DNA from: Mustelus asterias
Taxonomy: Eukaryota
Length of the DNA: 64,000 nucleotides
NCBI RefSeq assembly: GCF_964213995.1
Contig: NC_135823.1
Coordinates: 53,010,001 to 53,074,000, forward strand
Direction: 5' to 3'
The notes under the pieces were generated by a model that ran no database searches, had not been told where the DNA came from, and saw only the letters and a list, made by a program, of their open reading frames with translations. Positions 63,745-64,000 of this stretch are shown here, one piece after another. A program made the translations under genes and the position numbers. Every line of letters starts with the position of its first letter. The stretch's first letter is position 1.

Positions 63745-64000
63745 CGGCACGATGGCACAGTGGTTAGCACTGCTGCCTCACAGCGCCAGGGACCCGGGTT
63801 CAGTTCTGGCCTCGGGTGACTGTATGGAGTTTGCAAGTTCTCCCCGTATCAGTGTGGGTTTCCTCCCAAGTTCAAAGATGTGCAGGTTAGATTGATTGAC
63901 CATGTTAAATTGCCCTGTTGTGAAGGGGGTTTAGCAGGGTAAATATGTCAGGTTATGGGGATAGGACATGGGTGGGATCACTGTCGGTGCAGGCTTGATG
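63745..64000 (+). mobile_element. HE1 V-SINE (runs off window)
   Basis: Family match. Confidence 0.85.

Overview
Eukaryotic DNA from a cartilaginous fish. The shark assignment is inferred from the HE1/V-SINE, CR1/HER1 and Deu-type SINE content. The only protein-coding gene I can support is PDGFA on the minus strand (about 23.9-57 kb), with all seven exons identifiable at GT-AG boundaries: signal peptide, propeptide, RRRR furin site, cystine-knot domain, an alternative basic retention exon 6 and the short 'DVR*' terminal exon. As assembled, exon 1 has a 1-nt excess in a T5 run. The 5' UTR carries several uORFs. Upstream lie a 200-N gap, 1.5 kb of G-rich low complexity and a CpG-rich YY1/CCAAT/E-box promoter-like block. 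The rest is a nested mosaic of SINEs, CR1, Rex1/Babar and L2 LINE fragments and 3-bp-TSD MITEs. The most notable non-genic signal is two families of short Penelope-like insertions, often in fold-back form and with 10-14 bp TSDs, that carry minimal hammerhead ribozyme motifs with covarying stems. Comparisons to human or Xenopus sequences are from memory and need checking. Most repeat boundaries are approximate.
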